Counted from the stretch's first letter, positions 1 to 12,133 are shown. The stretch: 64,000 nucleotides of DNA from Leidyana gryllorum EB-2025a (GCA_048772705.1 JBLWGC010000123.1:17039-81038), one strand, 5' to 3'. Translations and numbers: made by a program. Notes: generated by a model from the sequence alone, not told the origin.

Positions 1-154
1 GTAGTTCTTGTTTTGCGCCGTCGTGTGCGACATATTCGTGGTAGACTTGTCGGCAAAAATACTAACTTGGTTCTAAGTCTGACTTGTGGTCGAAAGTATG
101 CAGAGATGAGAACTGGGCCTCGTTCCCCTTGAGTAGCGACTTGGGGTTACAACA
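1..154 (+). mobile_element. LTR family A, 3' part (cut by window edge)
   Basis: Matches the terminal part of LTR copies 13803-14404 and (reverse complement) 46440-47039; ends ...GGGGTTACAACA. Confidence 0.9.
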
Positions 155-190
155 GGGTTGAGCCTTTTGAACACCGGAGCAGTTGGACGG

Positions 191-270
191 CCGGGGGTAG
201 CTCAGTTGGTAGAGCATCTGACTGTGGTGATGGCATCAGATAGTCGGCGGTTCGATTCCGCCTCACCGGA
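191..270 (+). pseudogene. tRNA-Tyr-derived copy with 7-nt intron, anticodon mutated to GTG
   Basis: Paralog of 26592-26671; reads ...CTGTGG-TGATGGC-ATCAGA. Confidence 0.7.
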
Positions 271-458
271 AGTAGAGTGGTGGTTGGCAGACTACTACTC
301 AACCTGATGGGTTTTGCAGACATCGTTGATGGGCCAACTGGAATGAATCTGGCGAAGATTCCATGCATATACAACTCAAATCTTGTCTCAGCTGTCGGAG
401 CAGCATATCTTAGACAACCTTGAAGAGACGTGGCGTATTGAGTCAACAACTGACAGAC

Positions 459-530
459 GGGCTGTTCTGGGAATCGAACCCAGGACTTCTTCCACCCAAA
501 GGAAGAATCATACCCTTAGACCAAACAGCC
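459..530 (-). tRNA. tRNA-Pro(TGG)
   Basis: GGCTGTT/AACAGCC acceptor; CTTCC-TT-TGG-GT-GGAAG anticodon arm. Confidence 0.85.
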
Positions 531-1250
531 GACAACCCACCATCCCGGTACAACCCCCAGTACTGTGGAATCAGTCGAGCACGCCTTTCGGCTCCCTCTT
601 TCATGTTGGACACTGAGAAGCGTGGCTCAGTGGGAGAGTGTTGGGCTCCTGACAGGAGGGTCCGTCGGTCGAAACGACGCACTGCTAAGCGTCAGCAGGA
701 GGACACACTTATAGAAATGATACAGGCGTCTTTTGGATTCAAGAGCTCCCCGATCCGGCTATCGACGCTACACGTTTGGCGTGCAAAGTCACCTCTCTAC
801 CACTTGAAATAGCCGCCAACCCGCCAAACCCAAGTGAATCTTCCCCGCCTCGGTTCCTCAACAGTGGCACCTCGAGCTCTCAAGCTCAACACTGCGGCAC
901 AGATCGCGGGGTGGTCGGAGATGCCAAACTCGAATTTGGATCGCGTAAGTCTGCATGGCTCGGAATGTCAGCCACTCTTGTCGATTCCGCTGTGGAGCGA
1001 GACCACGAGAACGGTGGGCGGGACTCAAACCCACAACCTTTGCCTCCGGAGGGCAACACGCTATCCGTTGCGCCACCGCACAATCCACAGCCTCACTGTC
1101 TGCGACCCCTGAGTCGGTGATATCGCCTGGCCCCGCTGGTTCGATTCAGCACTTGTCAAGTGGACGTAGTAGGCGGAGTTCGAAAGACTCCTTATCTTAT
1201 TTGAGACACGGGTATCAACTCTGCTAGACCCTCGTCAGAGCCTAGCAAAA

Positions 1251-1322
1251 GGGCTGTTCTGGGAATCGAACCCAGGACTCCTTCCACCCTAAGGAAGGAT
1301 CATACCACTAGACCAAACAGCC
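1251..1322 (-). tRNA. tRNA-Pro(AGG)
   Basis: Complete cloverleaf, anticodon AGG. Confidence 0.88.
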
Positions 1323-1515
1323 GACTGGTCGGTGGTGCAAATTGCTGGTAGAGTCGGGAGACTGGTCATAATATGTCAGCGGCTAGCTCAAATGATATAG
1401 CACTCGCTTAAGATGCGAGAGATACTGGGATCAATGCCCAGGTCGTCCAAACTTCCAATGCGGTATTTGAAAACAGAGTCACGACCGAATGGAGTTGATG
1501 CCCGATCACATAACA

Positions 1516-1597
1516 CGACAACTGCTGCATTCGAACCAGCGCGGGCCAGGCCCAGTAGATTTCTAGTCTACCCCCTTAACCACTCGGGCAAGTTGCC
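1516..1597 (-). tRNA. tRNA-Ser(AGA)
   Basis: Long variable arm, anticodon AGA; one T-stem mismatch. Confidence 0.78.
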
Positions 1598-1826
1598 ACC
1601 TGTCCAACTCGGCATTTTGCGGCCAGTGCCGTCACATACGGTTCAACAAGCTTTACTAGGACTGCTCGCGCCGCCCGAACCCGCGGTTCTCCCTTCAAAA
1701 GTCTTGCGCTCTACCGACGGAGTTGGGGCGGCAAGAAGCTCGGACTTGGTAACAAATTCCAGTCGTATTGATGGTGGAATCTTTCCGAGACGGTTCGGCA
1801 GGCCGAAGCCTAAACTCGAGCACTTG

Positions 1827-1899
1827 TCCACTGTAGTCTAAGTGGCTAGGATATGCGGCTCTCACCCGCACGATCCGGGTTCAAGTCCCGGCAGTGGAA
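1827..1899 (+). tRNA. tRNA-Glu(CTC)
   Basis: TCCACTG/CAGTGGA acceptor, anticodon CTC. Confidence 0.88.
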
Positions 1900-2230
1900 G
1901 TCATTGAAGTACTCGAGCAAAGTGCTCCACTAATCTCCGTCAGTAGCCATCGTTTCGTTGTCTCCAACTTACATTGCCTTCGAAGCTTAGGGGCAGAGCG
2001 TTCGCTTCCTAAACGAGAAGGCGCCGGCTCGATTCCGGCAGAAGGCTTTGATGCATCGATAGGCTTATAAAGAATGGCTGTCCACCAGGTACAAGAGTCA
2101 ACAGAATCGTGTTCTGCATCTGTGGTCTAGTGGAAGAGTCTCTCGCTGCCATCAAGATAGCCCGTGTGCGATTCCCGACAGATGCAAAACGATAGCATGA
2201 TGAGTTTGTCGGCGATTGCGATTCCGACCC

Positions 2231-2303
2231 TGGGAGTGGAGAGGATCGAACTCTCGACTTCAGGATTATGAGACCTACGCGCTACCGACTGCGCTACACT
2301 CCC
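2231..2303 (-). tRNA. tRNA-Met(CAT), elongator
   Basis: GGGAGTG/CACTCCC acceptor, CAT anticodon, GTTCGA T-loop. Confidence 0.85.
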
Positions 2304-2882
2304 CCCCGACTGTCTCCGAAGAATCACCCGAACCCAGAACCATGCTGCCAGGCAGGTTGGGTCAAGATACAACAAAGCGGGCTGTTCTGGGAATCGAACC
2401 CAGCACTCAATCCACCCTAAGGAAGGATATACCACTAGACCAAACAGCTGACTGGTCGGTGGTGCAATCCGCGGGTAGAGTCGAGAGAGTGGTCATGCTA
2501 TGTTGGCAACCGATAAATGCGATGGGGACTGCACGTCGGGCGACTGGCTCAGATGGTAAAGCGCTCGCTTAGCATGCGAAAGGTATGGGATCGATGTCCA
2601 GGTCGTCCAAACTTCGTACGGCTGCACCTGCCGCTATGTATTTACCGAGTTGAGAGCCTTTGATTGTGCCCTGTAGCCCTTGGATAGACTTTGGCATCGC
2701 AATACGGTCTAGGGTGCCTGAGACCGCCGACCTGCGACTTAGTATTTAACAATCACACGCTTTGCCCACTGCGCTACAAGAGCCAGTTGAATATTTTGGA
2801 GGTTAGTAGAAAAACCCGTTTTGCATGTGTGGGGAAGCTCTAGTCCGGATGGCTCTATCAACTCTTTGAGAAGGGCTAAATC

Positions 2883-2954
2883 GGTTGCGTGGTGTAGTGG
2901 TTAGCACTGGAGACTTTGAATCTCCCGACCTGGGTTCGATTCCCGGGGCGACCT
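2883..2954 (+). tRNA. tRNA-Gln(TTG)
   Basis: GGAGA-CT-TTG-AA-TCTCC anticodon arm. Confidence 0.8.
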
Positions 2955-3017
2955 TGAAACTAGTCCTCACTACTTCGTGAAACCTCCCTACTAGCTTTGG
3001 TCTGCGGGACCTGCCGT

Positions 3018-3090
3018 GCAGCCATGGTCTAGTGGTTACGACGTCTGCTTCACACGCAGAAGGTCCCGAGTTCGATCCTCGGTGGCTGTA
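3018..3090 (+). tRNA. tRNA-Val(CAC)
   Basis: Complete cloverleaf, anticodon CAC. Confidence 0.88.
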
Positions 3091-3514
3091 GCTCGCAACT
3101 TTCAGCGAGAACCAAAGGAGAGAATCTTAGAGCGAAACCACCTGCGCTCCGAGACCGGGAATCGAACCCGGGTCTTCCGAGTGTCAGGCGGAAATACTAA
3201 CCACTAGACTATCTCGGCCGCTCTAAATACGCCGGCCTCCAACTTCAAAAGTCTTTCCATTTTGTTATCTCAATTGTACTCAGCGGGTTGCACGACCGAC
3301 AGGCGGCTGTTTGGTCTAGTGGTATGATTCTTCCTTCGGGTGGAAGAAGTCCTGGGTTCGACTCCCAGAAGAGCCCGTCTGATAGTTGTTGACTGAATGC
3401 CACGTCTCTCCAAGGTCGGCTACCATACGCGGCTCCCACTCGTATAATCCCGGATGAAGTCCAGACCAGCTGAGACAAAATCTGAGTTGCAGCAGTTGTG
3501 AGGGGCTGGAACTG

Positions 3515-3586
3515 CTCCGAGACCGGGAATCGAACCCGGGTCTTCCGCGTGACAGGCGGAAATACTAACCACTATACTATCTCGGA
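3515..3586 (-). tRNA. tRNA-Asp(GTC)
   Basis: TCCGAGA/TCTCGGA acceptor, anticodon GTC. Confidence 0.9.
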
Positions 3587-4090
3587 CGCTCTGAACACGC
3601 CGCCCTCCAACCCCAAAAGTCCTTCCATTTTGAGATGTCAAGCACAGAAAACGCGTGGAGCGGCGAGCCAACAACATGCCGGCAAAGATGGCCGAGTTGC
3701 CCAAGACGCTGTGCTCAGACTGCAGTCCGAAAGCTCGAGGATCTGGGGTTAAGCCTTTCGAACCCCGGAGCAGTTGGACAGCGGGGGAAAGCTCAGTTGG
3801 TAGAGCATCTGACTGTAGTGCTGGCATCAGATAGTCGGCGCTTCGGTTCCGTCCCACCGGATGGTTTTGGCACACAGCGTTGATAGGCCAACTAGACAAC
3901 TCCGGCGAGGCTTCCATCTATTGTAGTTCGGAAAGGTTGGGAATCGATCCCAGAACCTTTCGTATACTAAGCCACCGTTTCATCATCTGGGCTAGCCTCC
4001 CACTGTGCCTACCTCATGGCATTGAGTGATACTTCACATAGTGAGACGAGTCTCTCGACTGTACCCAGCGGGTTGAACCACCGGCTAGGC

Positions 4091-4162
4091 GGCCGTTTGG
4101 TCTAGTGGTATGATCCTTCCTTAGGGTGGAAGGAGTCCTGGGTTCGATTCCCAGAACAGCCC
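4091..4162 (+). tRNA. tRNA-Pro(AGG)
   Basis: Cloverleaf with AGG; one acceptor mismatch. Confidence 0.75.
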
Positions 4163-4263
4163 GTCTGATAGTTGTTGACGCAACACGGCACTCGACCCAT
4201 CCCCGACAGCTAAGACAGGATCTGAGTTGTTGACTCAACAGGCTGCAACCCGGCCATCCGCCC

Positions 4264-4336
4264 AGACGCTACTGGGACTCGAACCCAGAATCCCCGGTTC
4301 CGTAGACCGATGCCATATCCATTAGGCCATAGCGCC
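4264..4336 (-). tRNA. tRNA-Arg(ACG)
   Basis: Complete cloverleaf, anticodon ACG. Confidence 0.88.
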
Positions 4337-4774
4337 GACTAGCGGAGCCGTCAAATGGGAGTGTGTAGCGATCAAGACAGGACATGGGCAGCTACGCCCG
4401 ATGGTGGGTGTGGACAGACTTCACCCACATCTCCCATTCGAGACATCGGGGACATACTATCCAAGCCAGGATTCGAGCCTGGGTTTGCACGGCCACAACG
4501 TGCTGTCCTAACCACTAGACGACTCGGACAAATCTTTGAGCGAGGCGTAGAGGTAGCGCAGCATTGATCAGGATGGGATGGAACAGCCACTCCTCAACTT
4601 CGGGTGGAACGGAATTTACTCGTGGAATATCTGATGCCACCACTACAGTCAGATACGTTACCATCTAAGCAGCCCGGGCCGTAAGGGTACTTCGGGGTGG
4701 CACACCGCAGCCAGAACGACATCGGCGGTCGCAACGGAAGCCATTAACACTCTGGAACTCAGAAGGAAAGTAAT

Positions 4775-4858
4775 GCACAGATGCCCGAGTGGTCTAAGGG
4801 GCCAGACTCAAGTTCTGGTAGGCGCAAGTCTGCATGGGTTCGAATCCCATTCTGTGCA
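4775..4858 (+). tRNA. tRNA-Leu(CAA)
   Basis: GCACAGA/TCTGTGC acceptor, long variable arm, anticodon CAA. Confidence 0.88.
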
Positions 4859-6271
4859 ACGGCGATCATCCCCAAAAAAAAACTGGAAAAGGCCACAGTC
4901 GGTTGCATGCAGCCGAGTAATCGGCTGTTGCTCTGCTGGTTTGATCCTTCCTCAGAGTGGAAGGAGTCCTGGGTTCGATTCCAGAACAGCCCTATTGGTC
5001 GTCGTTTGACTTGACTGGACATGTTGCCCTCAGAACCAACACAGCCACCTCGTTAGCCCGCTTCGGTAGAGCAGTCAGGGCAACTAACATCTCGAAAATC
5101 ACATTTCGGCTACCTCTTCCATGTTGCAGACTGAGCAGTGTAGCTCAGTGGAAGAGTGTTAGGCTCATAACGCAAAGGTGCGTCGATCGAAACGACGCAC
5201 TGCTAAGTGTGCGCAGAAGGGAACAGTTGCAGGATAGATTGGCTCGTGAGCTGCTGCCCGAATCGAACCGGCGACCTTTCACTTACTAAGCGAATGCTCT
5301 GCCCCAAGCTAAGAAGGCAATGTCAACTGGACATCACGAATGAGTCCCTATTGACGGAAGTTACTGAAGCACATTGTTCCACCACTCAATACTTCCACTG
5401 CTCCACATACCGGCCAATAGGGTGTAACTAAGTTTAGAGTTTCCTTGCCGCCCTTAGCTCAGTCGGTAGAGCGCAAGACTTTTAATTTTGCAGTCGCGGG
5501 TTCGAGCCCCGCGGGCGGTGCAAGTCAATGTCTCTGGGAGTAAGAATGGAACCGTTGCCTACAACCACACTCTGCTGGATTTCCACTGGCGGCACTTAAA
5601 CCCGGATCCTTCGGGTGAAAGCCGCATATCCTAGCCGCTTAGACTACAGTGGACGAGTGGTTGAGTTGGGGCTTCGGCCGAGAGCCGTACCGTCTTGGAA
5701 AAAATGGTATGTCGGCGTGATCAAGTGAGTGGATCTCTGATACAGATTCGGACTTAGTAACCAATTCCATTTGTATTGATCGTGGAATCTTGGGCCTTCC
5801 TCGGGTACGGGGCGAGCTTCCTTGCCGTCCCAAATCAGTCGGTAGAGCGCCAGCCTTTTGAAGGGAGAACCGCGGGTTCGGGCAGCGCGAGCGGTCCGAG
5901 TCAAGCTTGCTGAACCGTATGTGAAGCCACTGTCTGCGGCATGCCGAGTTCGGCCGTTGGCAACTTGCCCGAGTGGTTAAAGGGGTAGACTAGCAATCCA
6001 CTGGGCCCGGCCCGCGCTGGTTCAAATCCAGCAGTTGTCGTGCGATGTGATCGGAGGGTCAAACACCAACTCACGCATAAAACTCAACCATGTGCTATCT
6101 CCTCTGCATCTGCCGGGAATCGAACCCGGGTGGTCTCGATCGTGACGAGACATTCTACCACTAGACCCTAGATGCGGAATAGCTTGTTGTTGAAGCTCGT
6201 ACACAATAACGGCCGTTTTGCTCCGAATGAGAAGACAGGGTCAAGTTGAGCGAGTATGAGAGGCGGCTCGT

Positions 6272-6343
6272 GGGTACGTAGTTCAGTGGTAGAGCAGCTG
6301 ACTGCAGATCAGCAAGTCCGTGGTTCAACTCCGCGCGTGCCCT
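6272..6343 (+). tRNA. tRNA-Cys(GCA)
   Basis: GCTGA-CT-GCA-GA-TCAGC arm, U73. Confidence 0.82.
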
Positions 6344-6596
6344 GAAGTTGGGCTGAAAGGCTGGAAGATGTTAAACCAACATTCCTGACCACAGTGGGTT
6401 GCAGAATCCTGCGGTAGAAAGAGCAGGGTCTTTATACTAACCTCTGAAACATTGTAGCTGGGTCTTGTAGCTCAGTCGGCAGAGCGTGTGGCTGTTAACC
6501 ACAAAGTCACAGGTTCGAAACCTGCCAGGAGCGGGTTCTGCGACAGTGTACTCTCTAGACGGTATTTAAATACCGGCAGTTGCAGACTACGAAGTT

Positions 6597-6669
6597 TGGA
6601 CGACCTGGGCATCGATCCGAGTACCTCTCACATGCTAAGCGAGCGCTCTACCATTTGAGCTAGTCGCCC
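6597..6669 (-). tRNA. tRNA-Ala(AGC)
   Basis: G3:U70, GATCGAT T-loop, anticodon AGC; minor mismatches. Confidence 0.72.
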
Positions 6670-6976
6670 GTTGTGCAGACATTGTACAGACCCCATCGCA
6701 TTTTTATGTTCTCAACATCGTATGATCACTCTCTCGACTGTATTCAGCGGGTTTCACGACCGACAGGGGCTGATTGGTCTAGTGGTGTGATTATTCCTTA
6801 GGGTGGAAGAAGTCCTGGGTTCGATTCCCAGAACAGCCCCGTTGGTTGTCGGTTGACCCGATGGGATAAGCAGTTTTAGAAGTAACACAGCCACCTCGTC
6901 ACCACTTCGGCACTCAAGGCAATTCTGCGGTAGAAAGAGGAGGGTCTCTATAATCACCTCTGAAATATTGTAGCTG

Positions 6977-7049
6977 GGTCTTGTAGCTCAGTCGGCAGAG
7001 CGTGTGGCTGTTAACCACAAAGTCGCAGGTTCGAAACCTGCCAGGACCG
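6977..7049 (+). tRNA. tRNA-Asn(GTT)
   Basis: Complete cloverleaf, anticodon GTT. Confidence 0.9.
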
Positions 7050-7377
7050 GTTTCAGATGCACCCTAAACACTGACTGCGCGGCTCTCCCAATGGCATTTG
7101 TGGTATGCGACTCTTCAAAGATGTAAGGTGGTTTTGATCCCTCCAGGTGTTGGTAGAGTCGGGAGACTGCTCATAATATGTCAAGAAGCACTAAATGCTA
7201 TGGGGTCTGCATAGCGGGCGACTAGCTCAAATGATATAGCACTCGCTTAGCATGCAAGAGATACTGGGATCGATGCCCGGGTCGTCCAAACTACATGCAA
7301 CCTTCGCTACAGAGAAACGCCCGCGGCGTGGTCAAAAAGTGTGAGTGTTGTTCTTGTAATCCAATCGACAAGCTACT

Positions 7378-7450
7378 GCCTACGTGGCGCAATGGATAGC
7401 GTGTTGGACTTCTAATCCAAAGGTTGCGAGTTCGAATCTCGCAGGAGGTA
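7378..7450 (+). tRNA. tRNA-Arg(TCT), intronless, acceptor mismatches
   Basis: TTGGA-CT-TCT-AA-TCCAA arm; imperfect acceptor stem. Confidence 0.65.
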
Positions 7451-7516
7451 GCCAAATGATCAGCAGCTTACTTCGATCACCTGGCTGACTCTAGCTGCCT
7501 TCGCCGTGGAATGTTG

Positions 7517-7589
7517 TCCACTGTAGTCTAAGTGGCTAGGATATGCGGCTCTCACCCGCACACTCCGGGTTCAAGTCCCGGCAGTGGAA
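7517..7589 (+). tRNA. tRNA-Glu(CTC)
   Basis: Cloverleaf, anticodon CTC. Confidence 0.82.
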
Positions 7590-7623
7590 ATCCAGCTGAG
7601 TGTGCTTGCAGGCAACAGATCCA

Positions 7624-7696
7624 CACCGCCCGCGGGGCTCGAACCCGCGACTGCAAGATTAAGAGTCTTGCGCTCTACCGACTGAGCTAGGGCGGC
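7624..7696 (-). tRNA. tRNA-Lys(CTT)
   Basis: Complete cloverleaf, anticodon CTT. Confidence 0.9.
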
Positions 7697-7884
7697 AAGA
7701 AAGCAACGACACAAAACCCGATAGCCTGACAACTAAAGTGGCTTTGGTATCCACCAGCCTCAGCAAGTTGTGGCCGTGCATACCCAGGCCCGAATCCTGG
7801 CTTGGATAGTATGTCCCCGATGTTTTGAATGGGAGATGTGGGTGATGCCATCGGGCGTCGCTGCCCATGTCCTGTCTTGATCGC

Positions 7885-8219
7885 TGATTGGAGTTTGTGG
7901 GGTCCTGGGAGGGGTTTGGATCGGTGGTGACGCGGTGTTGGATTGGCGTGACCTCCTCAACTTGTTCCGACATGTCTGGTTCCTTGGAGGATCGCCTTTG
8001 TAGGCGTAGGCTCTGTGATCGGGTTATTACGGGTATGATGAGTAGTAGAAGTTGTAGTAGATTAGTTGTAGTTTCGTTGATCTATAGTCACTGATTAAGA
8101 GTGGCGCATCTCTCGCTCTGTCTATTCTTTTCTATTCTGTCTGTGCTTTTGTAGTTGTGTGCGGCATCGTCCCAATGGGCGATGCAGCTGGGTTGTGTCT
8201 GTGTGTCTATTACAGATCA
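7885..8219 (-). mobile_element. Solo LTR family B (335 bp)
   Basis: TGAT...ATCA termini; ATCGC TSD at 7880-7884 and 8220-8224; empty site in the paralogous spacer near 23385. Confidence 0.88.
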
Positions 8220-8254
8220 ATCGCTACACACTTCCATTTGACGGCTCCGCTAGT

Positions 8255-8327
8255 GGCGCTATGGCCTAATGGATATGGCATCGGTCTACGGAACCGGGGA
8301 TTCTGGGTTCGAGTCCCAGTAGCGTCT
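8255..8327 (+). tRNA. tRNA-Arg(ACG)
   Basis: Complete cloverleaf. Confidence 0.88.
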
Positions 8328-8385
8328 GGACGAATGGCCGGGTTGCAGCCTGTTGAGTGCCGTGTTGCGTCAACAACTATCAGAC

Positions 8386-8457
8386 GGGCTGTTCTGGGAA
8401 TCGAACCCAGGACTTCTTCCACCCGAAGGAAGAATCATACCACTAGACCAAACAGCC
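8386..8457 (-). tRNA. tRNA-Pro(CGG)
   Basis: Complete cloverleaf, anticodon CGG. Confidence 0.88.
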
Positions 8458-8664
8458 GCCTAGATCACTCAATGCCATGAGGTAGGCACAGAGGGAGGCT
8501 AGCCCAGATGATGAAACGGTGCTTAGTGTACGAAAGGTTCTGGGATCGATTCTCAGCTCATCCGAACTAGATAGATGGAACCCTCGCCGGAGTAGTCTAG
8601 TTGGCTCAACGCTGTCTGCCAAAACCATCAGGTTGAGTAGTACTTTGCCGATCACCACTCTACT

Positions 8665-8744
8665 TCCGGTGGGACGGAATCGAACCGCCGACTATCTGAT
8701 GCCAGCACTACAGTCAGATGCTCTACCAACTGAGCTACCCCCGG
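8665..8744 (-). tRNA. tRNA-Tyr(GTA) with 7-nt intron
   Basis: TCTGA-CT-GTA-G-[TGCTGGC]-A-TCAGA; C1:G72. Confidence 0.85.
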
Positions 8745-8974
8745 CCGTCCAACTGCTCCGGGGTTCAAAAGGCTCAACCCCAGATCCTCGACCTTTCGGA
8801 CTGCGGTCTGAGCACAGCGCCTTAGACAACTCGGCCATCTTGCCACAGTGTTGTTGGTTCATCCCTCCACGCGTTTTTTGTCCGTGAGCCAAAATAGAAA
8901 GACTTCTGGGATTGGAGGCCGGCGTGTTCAGAGCGTCCGAGATAGTATAGTGGTTAGTAAGGGAGATAGATCCA

Positions 8975-9047
8975 CACCGCCCGCGGGGCTCGAACCCGCG
9001 ACTGCAAGATTGAAAGTCTTGCGCTCTACGGACTGAGCTAGGGCGGC
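8975..9047 (-). pseudogene. tRNA-Lys body with TTC anticodon and G18>C
   Basis: Lys paralog with AGACT-TTC-AATCT; D-loop GG lost. Confidence 0.65.
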
Positions 9048-9292
9048 AACGAAGCTCTAAACTGAGTTACACCCTATTTGCCGTTGGGTGGAGCCCTGGA
9101 TCCGTTCGACCAGTGGAACAATGAGCTTCAGTAACTTCCGTTAACATTGCCTTCTTAGCTGGTGGCAGAGCATTCGCTTTGTAAGCGAAAGGTCGCCGGT
9201 TCGATTCCGGCAGAAGGCTTTGCTCACGCACTTAAGCTTTTCTGAGTGGTCTCTCAGTTTTGGAGGGGAATTGCAATGCACTTTAGATTGGT

Positions 9293-9364
9293 TGTCCGAG
9301 CCAGGAATCGAGCCTGGGTTTGCACGGCCACAACGTGCTGTCCTAACCACTAGACGACTCGGAC
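9293..9364 (-). tRNA. tRNA-His(GTG)
   Basis: GCACG-TT-GTG-GC-CGTGC arm; T-loop reads CTCGATT. Confidence 0.82.
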
Positions 9365-9412
9365 AAATCTTTGAGCGAGGCTGTAGAGGTAGCGAAGCAT
9401 CTATCAGGATGG

Positions 9413-10429
9413 TGTTGTAACCCCAAGTCGCTACTCAAGGGGAACGAGGCCCAGTTCTCATCTCTGCATACTTTCGACCACAAGTCAGACTTAGAACCAA
9501 GTTAGTACTTTTGCCGACAAGTCTACCACGAATATGTCGCACACGACGGCGCAAAACAAGAACTACGACTTGTTGTACCAAGTGCAAAAGTTATCTTAGG
9601 CCGCCTCTTGCCTAGTCCAACTCTGCCTTAGCCAACTTTGCTTGCGTGTGTCTCTCGCTCTGGTGTCTCTCTCACTCCACCCATGTGCCAGTCGCTCGCA
9701 CTCTTGCGGAGCCTGCGCTGGACACACACGGTAGTTCTCCCCGACACCACACTCTGATCATTCATGTGAGTGTCTGCACAGTTACACTGTCGCAGAGAGC
9801 TCAGACCACTAGGGTGCATTAGCTGTTGTAACCCCAAGTCGCTACTCAAGGGGGAACAAGGCCCAGTTCTCATCTCTGCATACTTTCGACCACCAGTCAG
9901 ACTTAGAACCAAGTTAGTATTTTTGCCGACAAGTCTACCACGAATATGTCGCACACAACGGCGCAAAACAAGAACTACGACTTGTTGTACCAAGTGCAAA
10001 AGTTATCTTAGGCCGCCTCTTGCCTAGTCCAACTCTGACTTAGCCAACTTTGCTCGCGTGTGTCTCTCGCTCTGGTGTCTCTCTCACTCCACCCATGTGC
10101 CAGTCGCTCGCACTCTTGCGGAGCCTCGCGCTGGACACACACGGTACTTCTCCCCGACACCACACTCTGATCATTCATGTGAGTGTCTGCACAGTTACAC
10201 TGTCGCAGAGAGCTCAGACCACTAGGGTGCATTAGCCTTTACGCTTTAGTAGTAGTTGCTTTACGTTCGTTAATAATGCCTTTTCACCATCTTATACATT
10301 ATGCCCCTATATAAGTGCCAAATATGTAGGGAAGTATCCAGATGGATGTTAATTCGGTTGGAAATTTCACCAAGTCGAATTTGGCCACCCGATAGGAAGT
10401 TGACCATCAGGCCAACACGAACTACAACA
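9413..10429 (-). mobile_element. LTR family A: partial (9413-9823) + complete (9824-10429) tandem solo LTR
   Basis: TGTTGTA...TACAACA termini; one GATGG TSD pair at 9408-9412 and 10430-10434; empty site near 38995-39015. Confidence 0.92.
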
Positions 10430-10662
10430 GATGGGATGGAACAGGAGCGTCAGAGGAACTGCGTTGCAAGAAGTCCACTCCTCAACTTCGGGTGGGACGG
10501 AATTTACTCGTGGAATATCTGATGCCACCACTACAGTCAGATACGTTACCATCTAAGCACCCTGGGCCGTGAGAGTACTTCGGGGCGGCACACCGCAGCC
10601 AGAACGACATCGGTGGTCGCAACGGAAGCCATTGACACTTTGGAACTCAGAACGAAAGTAAT

Positions 10663-10746
10663 GCACAGATGCCCGAGTGGTCTAAGGGGCCAGACTCAAG
10701 TTCTGGTAGGCGCAAGTCTGTATGGGTTCGAATCCCATTCTGTGCA
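10663..10746 (+). tRNA. tRNA-Leu(CAA)
   Basis: Paralog of 4775-4858. Confidence 0.85.
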
Positions 10747-11501
10747 ACGGCGATCATCCCAAAAAAAAAGCTGGAAAAGGTCACAGTAGATTCGAATCTC
10801 CATTTGTATATTCGGTTGCATGCACCCAAGTATTCGGCTGTTGCTCTGCTGGTATAATCCTTCCTCAGAGTGGAAGGAGTCCTGGGTTCGATTCCAGAAC
10901 AGCCCTCTTGGTCGTCGGTTGACCCGACGGGACAAGTTGCCCTCACAACCAACACAGCCACCTCGTTAGCCCACTTCGGCACTCAAGGCCATTAACATCT
11001 CAAGAATCGCATTTCGGCTCCCTCTTCCATGTTGCAGATTGAGCAGTGTAGCTCAGTGGAAGAGTGTTGGGCTCATAAAACAAAGGTCCGTCGATCGAAA
11101 CGACGCACTGCTAAGTGTGCGCAGGAGAGAAACAGTTATAGAATTGATTGGGTCGTGAGCAAAGCCTTCTGCCGAAATCGAACCGGCGACCCATCGCTTA
11201 CTAAGCGAATGCTCTGCCCTAAAAAGGCACCCCTGCCTCGATCCATATGAGGGTTTGATGCTCGGAATAGCATCATTTCCAGCACAGAATACAACTGGGC
11301 CTGGGCCGCGCTGGTGCAGATCCAGCAGTTGTCGTGCGATGTGATTGGAGGGGTCAGACACCAGCTTACGCATGAATTCCAATCTACCCCCTTCCCCACT
11401 CGGGCAAGTTGGCTACTGTCGATTTCGCCATGCGGCGAGGAGTGGCCCCACATACGGCCGCCGTAAGTGCTTATTTTCATCGCCTTCCGTGACTACCTAC
11501 C

Positions 11502-11574
11502 GCCTCGGTAGCTCAGTTGGGAGAACCCCAGACTGAAGATCTGGAAGTCCCGTGTTCGATCCACGGCCGAGGCA
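11502..11574 (+). tRNA. tRNA-Phe(GAA), D-stem variant
   Basis: CCAGA-CT-GAA-GA-TCTGG arm. Confidence 0.7.
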
Positions 11575-12133
11575 GAGACGTTGTGACATTTGGTGTCACT
11601 ATCTCAACTGTCCTCAGCGGGTTGCATGACCGACAGGCGGCTGTTTGGTCTAGTGGTATGATTCTTCCTTCGGGTGGAAGAAGTCGTGGGTTCGATTCCC
11701 AGAACAGCCCGTTGGTTGTCGGTTGACCCGACGCTCCATCTCATCTCAAGATGGTATGGCTGTCCTCCAAAGCTGCAGTTGAGGAAGTTGCCAAGTGTAG
11801 TCTAAGTGGCTAGGATATGCGGCTCTCACCCACACCATCCGGGCTCAAGTCCCGGCAGTGGAAGTCATTGGACTGCTCGAGCAAAGTGCTCCAGTAATCT
11901 CCGTCAATAGTGACTGATTCGTGATCTTCGGCCTGTATTGCCTTCTTAGCTTAGGGGCCGAGCATTCGCTTTGTAAGCGAAAGGTCGCTGGTTCGATTCC
12001 GGCAGAAGGCTTGCTCACGAGCTTAAGCTTTTCTGGCTGGTCTCTCAGATCTCGATAACGACCTGAGAGGGCTGCAAAATTCTTCGGTAGAAGATGAAGG
12101 ATCTCCCTACTAACCTCTGAAAGATTGTCACTG

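Noticed and set aside
745-817. tRNA-Cys from the TTGCA loop
   Set aside because: Aligns better to a decayed Ala(TGC) body; the real Cys genes have a different sequence
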